This document shows, one piece after another, positions 40,132-48,420 of a stretch of 64,000 bases of DNA. The position numbers were made by a program, and so were the translations under genes. The stretch's first letter is position 1, and each line of letters starts with the position of its first letter. The stretch is from Bacteroidaceae bacterium. Its GTDB lineage: Bacteria; Bacteroidota; Bacteroidia; Bacteroidales; Bacteroidaceae. The DNA lies in the NCBI GenBank assembly GCA_045588345.1, contig JAZNDZ010000005.1, forward strand, positions 1,138 through 65,137, in the 5' to 3' direction. The notes under the pieces were generated by a model. The model saw only the letters and a program-made list of their open reading frames with translations, searched no databases and had not been told where the DNA came from.

Positions 40132-40398
40132 ATGAAGACAATAACCTACCAAACCAGCGGAACATGCTCACGTTTCATTGAGCTCACAGGCGATAACGGC
40201 AAAATAACTAACGTGCAATTCTACGGAGGTTGCCATGGTAACTTGCAAGGCATAAGCAGCCTTGTTAAAGGGATGAAGTACGAGGATGTCATCGCACGCC
40301 TCAAAGGTATAAGCTGCAACGGCAAGCCCACATCGTGCCCCGACCAGTTGTGCCGTGCGATAGAGCAACTGATGGAAGAAGAAAAAAAGGAGAACTAA
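40132..40398 (+). CDS. TIGR03905-type TSCPD domain protein
   Basis: The internal ATG gives 88 aa, MKTITYQTSGTCSR.I...G.I..V.F.GGC.GNLQGIS.L..G...C.GK.TSCPDQL. This matches my memory of the 4-Cys TIGR03905 family. Confidence 0.7.
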   Translation: MKTITYQTSGTCSRFIELTGDNGKITNVQFYGGCHGNLQGISSLVKGMKYEDVIARLKGISCNGKPTSCPDQLCRAIEQLMEEEKKEN

Positions 40399-40520
40399 AG
40401 TAAACAAAGGGGTAAAAAGGGGAATTTAAGAAAACCAAAGGAGATTAAACGCTATCAATGTTTCTTTGGCAACATTAACAACCCTTAGTATCCCTTAATC
40501 GCACTTAGCTACTTAAACTC

Positions 40521-40931
40521 ATGGCAAAAATCAAAAACCCGGAATACAAACTCAAGAACGAAGCCTTCATGCAATCGCTGCGTGAAGGCAAGGAGGAACT
40601 GTTTGAAATATCACAAGGCGTGCTTGTGAAGATTCTCAAGAGCGGTGACGGCGACCGTTGCCCCCGTGCAGGCAATGTAGTGACGGTAAACTACAAAGGC
40701 AGCCTCATCAATGGCAAGGTATTTGACAGCAGTTACGAACGCGGCTATCCCGAGGCGTTCCGCCTCAGCGACCTCATCGTCGGGTGGCAGATTGCACTCA
40801 CACAAATGCACGCAGGTGACCATTGGATAGTATACATTCCTTGGGAAGCAGGCTACGGCAGCCGTGCAAACGGTTCCATTCCGGCATACTCCACACTGAT
40901 ATTTGAAATGGAACTTGTTGCAATAATGTAA
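40521..40931 (+). CDS. FKBP-type peptidyl-prolyl cis-trans isomerase
   Basis: 136 aa. Motifs VTVNYKGSLINGKVFDSSY, GWQIAL and IPAYSTLIFEMELV. Confidence 0.9.
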   Translation: MAKIKNPEYKLKNEAFMQSLREGKEELFEISQGVLVKILKSGDGDRCPRAGNVVTVNYKGSLINGKVFDSSYERGYPEAFRLSDLIVGWQIALTQMHAGDHWIVYIPWEAGYGSRANGSIPAYSTLIFEMELVAIM

Positions 40932-41035
40932 AATTGATGAAAAGACCGGAACAGGAAACTTTGTCTTAACAAATCCCGTTTATATAAACAAACATTCCCC
41001 ACTCCGTTTTCAGTTTTCCGTTTTCCGTTTAAAAC

Positions 41036-42361
41036 ATGAAATCCTACACCACGCACTACAAGGAACTGTTCCGTTTGGGACTGCCTATCATCATTGGACA
41101 GATTGGTATCATCTTTGTTTCGTTTGCCGACACATTAATGGTAGGCCGGCACGGCACTGATGACCTTGGCGCAGCAAGTTTCGTGAACAACATGTTTAAC
41201 CTTGCCATAATTTTTGCAACAGGTTTCTCATACGGACTAACCCCAATCGTGGGCAAACTGTTCGGCAGCAATCAAAAACGCGAGATTGGCACCACATTGA
41301 AAAATGCACTGCTGGCCAACAGCGCCATAGCACTGCTGCTAATCGCTGTAATGGGAGTGCTGTACCTGAACATAGGCAATCTTGGGCAACCCGAAGAACT
41401 GCTTGGGCTCATGCGCCCCTACTACCTTGTACTGCTGATGACAATACCGTTCATCATGCTGTTCAATGCCTTCAAGCAGTTTGCCGACGGCATTACCGAC
41501 ACCAAGACACCGATGTGGATTCTGCTCACCGGCAACGTGCTGAACATTGTGGGCAACTACATGCTCATCTTCGGCAAATGCGGAATGCCCGAACTCGGAC
41601 TGCTGGGTGCCGGAATCGCAACCCTGCTGTCACGTATGGCAATGCTTGCAATCTTCATGTTCATATTCTTCCGCAGTAAACGTTACAGGTCATACGCTCA
41701 AGGATTCATGCACGGGAAAGTCACCATGCGGGAGCAGAAAGAATTGTTTGGCATCGGAACGCCCGTAGCCTTGCAAATGGGTATGGAAACAGCCTCATTC
41801 AGCCTTGCCACCATTATGGTAGGCTGGATAGGTACGACTGCACTTGCGGCACACCAGATAATGTGTACAGTAGGACAATTGGGATTCATGATGTACTACG
41901 GCATGGCTGCGGCAGTAGCCGTAAAAGTGAGCAACTACAGCAGCAATGATGACTTGCCCAACATTCGCCGTTCGGCCAATGCCGGGTTCCACCTTATACT
42001 TGTCATGGCATTGATTGCATCGTTGCTCATATACCTTACCCGATATGAAGTCGGCGGCATCTTCACCGACAACAGCGAGGTCGCATTGCTTGTGGCACAA
42101 CTTGCCGTGCCGTTCATCCTGTATCAGTTCGGCGACGGCCTGCAATGCAACTTCTCCAATGCACTGCGTGGAATTGCCGATGTCAAGCCCGTAATGCTCT
42201 ATGCCTTCATTGCATACTTTATAATATCCCTTCCGGCAGGTTACCTGTTCGGCTTTGCATTCGGGTGGGGATTGACTGGGGTGTGGATGTCATTCCCCTT
42301 CGGTCTCACCAGCGCCGGAATAATGTTCTACCTGCGGTTCCGCTCAAAGGTCAAAGGATAG
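41036..42361 (+). CDS. MATE family efflux transporter
   Basis: 441 aa, about 12 TM helices. N-terminal LGLPIIIGQIG...ADTLMVG and an internal repeat. Confidence 0.9.
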   Translation: MKSYTTHYKELFRLGLPIIIGQIGIIFVSFADTLMVGRHGTDDLGAASFVNNMFNLAIIFATGFSYGLTPIVGKLFGSNQKREIGTTLKNALLANSAIALLLIAVMGVLYLNIGNLGQPEELLGLMRPYYLVLLMTIPFIMLFNAFKQFADGITDTKTPMWILLTGNVLNIVGNYMLIFGKCGMPELGLLGAGIATLLSRMAMLAIFMFIFFRSKRYRSYAQGFMHGKVTMREQKELFGIGTPVALQMGMETASFSLATIMVGWIGTTALAAHQIMCTVGQLGFMMYYGMAAAVAVKVSNYSSNDDLPNIRRSANAGFHLILVMALIASLLIYLTRYEVGGIFTDNSEVALLVAQLAVPFILYQFGDGLQCNFSNALRGIADVKPVMLYAFIAYFIISLPAGYLFGFAFGWGLTGVWMSFPFGLTSAGIMFYLRFRSKVKG

Positions 42362-42403
42362 TATTTGCCAATCTTTAACAGCACAATAAAAATCACAAAA
42401 AAC

Positions 42404-43249
42404 ATGAACGATTATACAAGAGTAAAGTTTACCGTTGCTCCCAATGAGGAAGCAGCAACCGATGTCCTTGCAGCATTGCTTGCCGAAGTAGGATTTGAAA
42501 GTTTTGTACCCGAGGAGAATGGCATGTCGGCCTACGTTCCTCAGGCACTGTACAATGCCGACAGCATTGCAGCAACAGTAGAAGAATTCCCCTTGCCAGG
42601 ATTCAGCATAACATACGAGAGCGAACTCATTGAGGGCGAAGACTGGAACGCAGAGTGGGAAAAGAACTACTTTCAGCCCATTGTGCTTGGCGATGATTGT
42701 GTAATACACAGCACCTTCCACAAGGATGTTCCCAAGGCGCGTTACGACATACTCATAGACCCCAAAATGGCGTTCGGCACAGGCTATCACCAGACCACAT
42801 GCCACATGCTGCGCGCAATACTCGCCAGTGACATGAACAACAAGAGCGTGCTCGACATGGGCTGCGGTACAGCACTCCTTGCCATTCTTGCCCGCAAGCA
42901 TGGAGCAACCGGCGTGGTTGCCATTGATATTGACGAGTTCGCTTTTGAGAATGCCAAGGAGAATATCGTGCTCAACGGCACGCCCGACATTGAAGTGCGC
43001 CTTGGCGGTGCCGATGCAATAAAGGAGAGCGACAGTTTCGATTTCGTAATCGCCAACATCAACCGCAACATTCTGCTCATGGACATGGCAAACTATGTAC
43101 GTTGCATGCACAGCGGTTCACAACTGTTCATCAGCGGGTTCTACACCGACGATATGGAGGTACTCAAGGAGGAAGCAGCCCGCCATGGCCTGTACTACAT
43201 TGACTACGCCGAAGACAACAACTGGGCAATGATGAGGTTTGGATTGTAG
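42404..43249 (+). CDS. prmA: Ribosomal protein L11 methyltransferase
   Basis: The ATG at 42404 gives MNDYTRVKF. Motifs IDPKMAFGTGYHQTT, SAM-binding VLDMGCGTALLAI and ANINRN. Confidence 0.9.
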   Translation: MNDYTRVKFTVAPNEEAATDVLAALLAEVGFESFVPEENGMSAYVPQALYNADSIAATVEEFPLPGFSITYESELIEGEDWNAEWEKNYFQPIVLGDDCVIHSTFHKDVPKARYDILIDPKMAFGTGYHQTTCHMLRAILASDMNNKSVLDMGCGTALLAILARKHGATGVVAIDIDEFAFENAKENIVLNGTPDIEVRLGGADAIKESDSFDFVIANINRNILLMDMANYVRCMHSGSQLFISGFYTDDMEVLKEEAARHGLYYIDYAEDNNWAMMRFGL

Positions 43250-43332
43250 TTTTTAGTAATTTTAATAAGGGCAGTTTTTTTAGAAAAAAAGGCACTAAGG
43301 GGGGTTAAGAACACTAAGGGCATTATTTTTTT

Positions 43333-43368
43333 CCTTTTGGCCTTTGCCGCCCTTTTGGCCCTTGCCGC
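43333..43368. repeat. 18-bp tandem direct repeat, two copies
   Basis: CCTTTTGGCCTTTGCCGC followed by CCTTTTGGCCCTTGCCGC (one mismatch), 46 nt upstream of the SemiSWEET start. Confidence 0.8.
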
Positions 43369-43413
43369 CTGCAACAAAAGCACGGCACAATCGTTATTTA
43401 AACAAAAAACACC

Positions 43414-43719
43414 ATGGACCAGGAAACGATATACAGCATTTGCGGGTATGTTGCCAGCATTGGCATGATACTCGGTTATCTGCCACAAGCAATAACCACC
43501 ATACGCACCCGCAACACCGACGGCATTGCACTGCCAACCTTCCTTATGATGGCTATTGGAGCATTTGCCTTTGTTGTGCAAGGATTACTGCACAAAGACG
43601 GCATAATATGGTCAATGGTAATAACAAACGCCGTTACCTGCAGTTGCAGTTGTATAGTCTTTGCTATTAAAATGTATAACGACTATTTCAAGAAGGGAAA
43701 CAGACAAGGAGAAAGGTAA
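43414..43719 (+). CDS. PQ-loop / SemiSWEET-like small transporter
   Basis: 101 aa with three predicted TM helices. The LPQ motif (GYLPQAITTIRTRNTDGI) is present. Confidence 0.7.
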   Translation: MDQETIYSICGYVASIGMILGYLPQAITTIRTRNTDGIALPTFLMMAIGAFAFVVQGLLHKDGIIWSMVITNAVTCSCSCIVFAIKMYNDYFKKGNRQGER

Positions 43720-43796
43720 AACGAGGCAAGGAATACAATTGAGACTCCTTGCCTTTAGCGATTATTGTAACGTTCGCCGTGTACGTGAACAATATC

Positions 43797-44411
43797 CTAT
43801 CTTACAAAACTTGTTGATATCGGTTCTTCTCTCTCAGGGCGCTCCACCCCGGGAGCATTCAGTGCCTTCAGCATCCACGCCATGTTACGCGCAAGCGTAC
43901 GCATTGTCTGCAAACCCTCGGCATCCTGTTCCGCATCACCCGGCACAAGACCGTGAACGCTGTTCCAATATTGCGACGGAACCACAGGCATATTGCTGAT
44001 TGTGAAATATTTATTCAGGCGGTCAAATGTTGCGCTTGCCCCACCCCTGCGACACACTGCCACAGCCGCAGCCGGCTTATACTGCAAGTGCTGCTTGCTC
44101 GAAAAGAAAAGCCTGTCAAGTAGCGCACATAGCGAACCGTTAGGCCCGGCATAATAGACCGGCGAACCAACGACAAGGCCATCGGCACTCTCAATTTTCT
44201 CACGAATTATCATATAAGGAGTATCATTGAACACACAACGCCCAAGCCCCTTGCAACGGAAGCATGCAATGCAACCCTGCACCGCAACCGGACCGATATG
44301 TACAATTTCACTCTCTATGCCCAACGTCTCAAGCGTTGTTGCAATCTCCGTTAAAGCACGGAAAGTATTGCCCGCCTTACGCGGACTGCCGTTTATAAGA
44401 AGGACTTTCAT
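43797..44411 (-). CDS. Flavodoxin-fold FMN reductase / iron-sulfur flavoprotein-like
   Basis: MKVLLINGSPRKAGNT and a compact Cys motif CIACFRCKGLGRC (Cx2Cx2Cx5C). The ATG at 44411 is preferred over 44423. Confidence 0.75.
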   Translation of the reverse strand: MKVLLINGSPRKAGNTFRALTEIATTLETLGIESEIVHIGPVAVQGCIACFRCKGLGRCVFNDTPYMIIREKIESADGLVVGSPVYYAGPNGSLCALLDRLFFSSKQHLQYKPAAAVAVCRRGGASATFDRLNKYFTISNMPVVPSQYWNSVHGLVPGDAEQDAEGLQTMRTLARNMAWMLKALNAPGVERPEREEPISTSFVR

Positions 44412-44415
44412 AATA

Positions 44416-45084
44416 TCAATCAATAAATTTCACCTTATTAATATCACGCGGCTTTGCTGCAGACACCTCATCGGGATAACCGAATGCAATGCACAGGCAC
44501 AGTTCATACCCTTCACTGAAGCCCAGTTTTGTGAGAACCTTATCCCTTCCAGGGCTTGTAAGGATAAAACGTACCGGACTGCCAAGACACACCGAACCAA
44601 CTCCAAGCGAATGAGCCGACAGCATCATATTCTCTGCAAGCAGACCACAGTCGATTGTAGAGAAATCATACGAATTGTCACGCGCGATGAACACCCACAC
44701 AGGAGCATTATAGAAACAGCCCGCAGCACGCTCGCCACCAGCGGCAGCCATCACTGCTTTTATCTCATTCTGGAACTCAGGATTGTCAACAATGCGCACC
44801 TCCCACGACTGCTTGTTCTGCCCGTTAGGAGCATTTATTCCGCACAATGCAATCTCCTCCATAACATCACGCGCAACAGGCTCATTCCTGTACTTGCGTA
44901 TGCTGCGGCGCGACATAATATTTTCAATAACAGCATTCTCACCGGCCTTTTCGGTACACTCAGCAGCCCCTTTATCACAAGCGACTTCACATGCTGACTG
45001 CTTTTCGCAATTGCCGCACGACACAGCAGCCAACAAAGAAAGGCTGCACAGAACAGTTCTAAAGTATCTCATATCCTTTTTCAT
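44416..45084 (-). CDS. Nitroreductase family protein with signal/lipobox
   Basis: 222 aa. N-terminal LLAAVSC, then RRSIRKY, the canonical nitroreductase FMN-binding start. Confidence 0.8.
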   Translation of the reverse strand: MKKDMRYFRTVLCSLSLLAAVSCGNCEKQSACEVACDKGAAECTEKAGENAVIENIMSRRSIRKYRNEPVARDVMEEIALCGINAPNGQNKQSWEVRIVDNPEFQNEIKAVMAAAGGERAAGCFYNAPVWVFIARDNSYDFSTIDCGLLAENMMLSAHSLGVGSVCLGSPVRFILTSPGRDKVLTKLGFSEGYELCLCIAFGYPDEVSAAKPRDINKVKFID

Positions 45085-45276
45085 TATTACAGTTACACCG
45101 CGAATATAACAACCATTTCCTGCAAAGCACCAAAAAAAACTGATTATTTTTTGTTAAAAGAGATTTTTGCACAGAGAAAGAACAATACCGGCAATGCATT
45201 CAAGGCTTCATTGTATATTTTCCTGCTTTTATAAAAATTCATCTGTACAGTCCTGCTTTTATCAAATATTTTAGTA

Positions 45277-45362
45277 GTTTCGACAACATTGCCTAACCGT
45301 AACCCACGCGGTGCCACTGCACGGCACTACGCGTGACTATTTACTGGCGATGTTATCGAAAC
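45277..45362. other. Nested inverted repeat (possible structured RNA or recombination or operator site)
   Basis: The outer arms GTTTCGACAACATTGCC (45277-45293) and GGCGATGTTATCGAAAC (45346-45362) pair at 15 of 17 Watson-Crick positions plus one G-U. They enclose an inner hairpin ACGCGGTGCC-ACTGCAC-GGCAC-TA-CGCGT. Confidence 0.3.
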
Positions 45363-45796
45363 TTATCTTTCTATTCAGGATATAAGTTCAATAAAATTTC
45401 TACTAACATTCATAGAGTTTCTTTTTTTTTAATTAGTTTTGCAGTGCGTGGTACATACCACGCAAGACATAGATAAGGCGTTTACTACGCTTGGTTTTGA
45501 CGTTCTGAAACTTTCCACAATTAACAGAATCGTGGTCAAAAACAAAGCAGCGGTGAATGCCCCATAGGTGTGTTATATACATACCTCAAATGCCTCTATA
45601 GCCATTGGTGTACCCATACGCCAACGGCGAACATCGGTATTGGGGGGATTGTTATACATACACGCGTGGGGCTCGCGTTGCTCGTTTTACTACGATGGGC
45701 ACGTGGAAAGGCCTCAGAACGTGAAGCGAGCATAGTGCAGGGCTTCACGCTTGAACCGAAATAAGATTCATACTTTGCTGATTATCAGTGAAACAT

Positions 45797-45857
45797 TAAC
45801 GGAAACTATATGAATTGATACCATAAAGTTCCCGTTGTTTTTATTTTTCCAAGAAGC
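45797..45857 (+). repeat. Copy A of a ~60-bp hairpin-containing repeat
   Basis: TAACGGAAACTATATGAATTGATACCATAAAGTTCCCGTTGTTTTTATTTTTCCAAGAAG aligns by eye with copy B at 47547, roughly three quarters identical with small indels. Confidence 0.6.
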
Positions 45858-45940
45858 AAGTTTTTATAACAACACACCGATTCTCTATCGGTAAGTCGAA
45901 AAATAACAGAGTTACCGATATGGAATCGAAAGATTTTGCT

Positions 45941-45948
45941 TACCTTTG
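45941..45948 (+). promoter_or_regulatory. -7 promoter box (TAnnTTTG)
   Basis: TACCTTTG lies 23 nt upstream of the ATG at 45971. Confidence 0.4.
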
Positions 45949-45970
45949 CATCAACTTAAATGATTGAAGT

Positions 45971-47383
45971 ATGAACGAGGTTATCATAGGCAGAAAGGCA
46001 GAGCAGGAAATTCTGCGCCAGCGTATTGAATCAAAGTCACCAGAACTTATTGCCATTTATGGCAGACGTCGTATTGGTAAGACCTATCTGGTAAGACAAT
46101 ATTTCAATGATACTTTCAGTTTCTATTCTACTGGTATTTATCAAGGAACGAAGAAAGAACAACTTGGAGAGTTTACTCGACAATTAGAGCACTATTCTGG
46201 TCGTAAATGGAAGGTTGCAAAAGATTGGTTTGATGCATTTGCTCAGTTGCGTGAATACCTTGAATCAATTAACGGAGATAGCCCCATTGTCGTTTTTCTT
46301 GATGAATTGCCTTGGATGGATACTCAAAAGAGCCGATTCATTAAAGCCTTTGAATACTTTTGGAACTCTTGGGGTGTGACTAACAATCGCTTGAAACTTA
46401 TCGTTTGTGGTAGTGCTACCACTTGGATGCGAGAGAATGTTCTTTCGGATAAAGGTGGATTGTATAATAGAACTACTCGAAGTATCTATCTCGCTCCATT
46501 TTCATTATATGAGACAGAGCAGTACCTTATATCACGCGGAATAAATTGGAATCGCTACCAGATTGCAGAGTGTTATATGATACTTGGTGGTACTCCTCTA
46601 TACCTTCAGATGCTTGAACGAGACAAGAGTTTGACGCAAAATATAGATAATCTTTTCTTTGTGCAAAATGCACCGCTTTCACGAGAGTATAACTTTTTGT
46701 TCCGTTCTCTCTTCAACGAGGCTACATTACACAAACAGGTTATTGAAGCATTGGCAAGTAAGGCATCAGGATTGACTCGTACGGAAATTATGGAAGCCAC
46801 TAAGATCGAAGATGGTGGAGCCTTAACCAAAGCGCTGCGTAATCTCTGTGATTGCGACTTTATTCGTCAATATACAGCATTTGGTAAGACAGAGCGAGGA
46901 ACGATATATCAATTAACAGACTTGTTCACATTGTTCCATCTCCGCTATGTAAAAGGGTATCGTGGTCAGGATGAGAATCATTGGCAAAACATGATTGATT
47001 CTCCATCTCGTAGAGCGTGGAGTGGTTATTCATTTGAACAGTTGAGTCTGCATCATATTCGACAGATTAAGCAGAAGTTGGGCATTAGTGGTGTGCAAAG
47101 TGATATATGTGGCTGGAAAGGTGATGGGGCACAAATAGACTTGCTCATTGACCGCAGAGACCAAACCATAAACCTATGTGAAATGAAGTTCTCGCAATGT
47201 GAGTTTGAAATTACCAAGCAGTATGATGAACGCTTGAGAGAACGTGCGGAGATTTTCCGTTCAGCAACCAAGACACGTAAAGCTATACATCAAACATTCG
47301 TAACCACCTACGGCTTAAAAAAGAATATGTATAGCGGAACTGTACAAAGCGAAGTGGTTCTTGATGACTTATTTGCAGAGTAG
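45971..47383 (+). CDS. AAA ATPase (archaeal-ATPase/ATPase_2-like) with C-terminal PD-(D/E)xK (DUF234-like) domain
   Basis: 470 aa. Walker A GRRRIGKT, Walker B VVFLDELPW, and a C-terminal DLLIDRRDQTINLCEMKF (D...E-x-K). Confidence 0.85.
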   Translation: MNEVIIGRKAEQEILRQRIESKSPELIAIYGRRRIGKTYLVRQYFNDTFSFYSTGIYQGTKKEQLGEFTRQLEHYSGRKWKVAKDWFDAFAQLREYLESINGDSPIVVFLDELPWMDTQKSRFIKAFEYFWNSWGVTNNRLKLIVCGSATTWMRENVLSDKGGLYNRTTRSIYLAPFSLYETEQYLISRGINWNRYQIAECYMILGGTPLYLQMLERDKSLTQNIDNLFFVQNAPLSREYNFLFRSLFNEATLHKQVIEALASKASGLTRTEIMEATKIEDGGALTKALRNLCDCDFIRQYTAFGKTERGTIYQLTDLFTLFHLRYVKGYRGQDENHWQNMIDSPSRRAWSGYSFEQLSLHHIRQIKQKLGISGVQSDICGWKGDGAQIDLLIDRRDQTINLCEMKFSQCEFEITKQYDERLRERAEIFRSATKTRKAIHQTFVTTYGLKKNMYSGTVQSEVVLDDLFAE

Positions 47384-47546
47384 CACCTTTAAAATTTTGA
47401 TAATTTTTCAAATCTGAAATTGCTGACCTACATTACTAAATCAAGAGCTTGGAGTATGGAAAGTCTGGAAATCTTACATGAAGTAATCATGAATCCGGCC
47501 TTAGTATCGAAACATAAACCTATTACATTGATAATTAATGATGCGT

Positions 47547-47608
47547 TGCCGGGAATTTAATGAGTTGACACCCATAAATTCCCGTTGCTTATATTCACCA
47601 AAAGAATA
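47547..47608 (+). repeat. Copy B of the ~60-bp hairpin-containing repeat
   Basis: Contains a perfect 10-bp inverted repeat CGGGAATTTA (47550-47559) / TAAATTCCCG (47575-47584). It has the same orientation as copy A and lies between the convergent ATPase gene and the operon end. Confidence 0.6.
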
Positions 47609-47653
47609 AAATCAGTAAATAATCATATGTTTTTTAAATACAAAATCCATGTT

Positions 47654-48415
47654 TTAGAAATTAGGATCAATCAACGATGAAAAATCTGCAAATTTCCCGT
47701 CAGTATGATTTATAAGCCTTTCTAGTGCTTCTGCAATTTGTTCGTTAAGATACCTTATATTCCAATCGCTGTTGTAATACTTTGTATAATAGTACATATT
47801 TTCTATCATACGTATATACCTACTTTTGAAGTCTTCACATGCAAATGGATTTTCCCTATCAAAGTCAGCTTGTGCTTTTTTTAATATTGTTTGAAATTCT
47901 TGATATGAGCTTTCATATTTTTTTAGTGGTTCCTGCACAATAGAATATTCCTGCTTGAAATTAGCCGAATATATTCTGTCAAAATAAGATATGGCCTCTT
48001 TAACAGCGACTCTATCGTATCTTTCGTACAACCACCTATTTGCAAGTTTAACCATACAAGTGTCAACAAACCCCATATTCCCTTGCAGTTTAGCAATTTC
48101 TTTCTCTTTATTGCAAATAACTAACATAAGGGAATCTTTTTGTCGATTTGCTCTTACAATCATTCTCATTGAGTCTTGCTTTGCACTACGTCTTATGGAA
48201 TCTATGAGTTTAATGTTTGCATTAGCAATGCTATCACGATGCGACAATTCACGACGGAGAGAATCTGCTACATACTTTATACTATCAACATTTTCAATCT
48301 TATCTCTTTCAATTTTCCCTTTAAAAAGGGGTTGTCTTTGTTTCTCCTGGGCTGTAACATTAATATTTACAAGACACAGGAAAAGCATAATTGTTACTAA
48401 TTCTTTTATTTTCAT
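47654..48415 (-). CDS. Hypothetical secreted coiled-coil protein (operon gene 9)
   Basis: 253 aa with a signal peptide MKIKELVTIMLFLCLVNINVTAQ and charged heptad-like sequence. It starts 5 nt after gene 8. Confidence 0.6.
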   Translation of the reverse strand: MKIKELVTIMLFLCLVNINVTAQEKQRQPLFKGKIERDKIENVDSIKYVADSLRRELSHRDSIANANIKLIDSIRRSAKQDSMRMIVRANRQKDSLMLVICNKEKEIAKLQGNMGFVDTCMVKLANRWLYERYDRVAVKEAISYFDRIYSANFKQEYSIVQEPLKKYESSYQEFQTILKKAQADFDRENPFACEDFKSRYIRMIENMYYYTKYYNSDWNIRYLNEQIAEALERLINHTDGKFADFSSLIDPNF

Positions 48416-48420
48416 TTCCT

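Noticed and set aside
42344-43111. 255-codon minus-strand ORF
   Set aside because: It is antisense to prmA, which carries the SAM-binding and L11-methyltransferase motifs.
43333-43368. Possible CRISPR array, from this tandem repeat and the one at 22198-22223
   Set aside because: There are only two adjacent copies with no spacers, the repeat lengths are 13-18 bp, and no cas genes are present in the window.
43204-43581. 125-codon minus-strand ORF with a RAKRAAKAKRKK stretch
   Set aside because: The basic run is simply the translation of the 18-bp tandem repeat. The ORF also overlaps the prmA end and the SemiSWEET start antisense.
44227-44997. 256-codon plus-strand ORF
   Set aside because: It is antisense to the flavoprotein and nitroreductase genes. 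Its composition is typical of a shadow frame.
45570-45764. 64-codon ORF in the ORF-free junction region
   Set aside because: It starts at a non-ATG codon and has no promoter box or motif. It overlaps hairpin-rich sequence and is more likely non-coding.
45100-47653. tRNA gene as the island integration target
   Set aside because: I scanned both non-coding stretches for T-loop-like GGTTCGAAT/GGTTCAAAT sequences and their complements and for cloverleaf-sized inverted repeats. I found none. tRNAscan should still be run.
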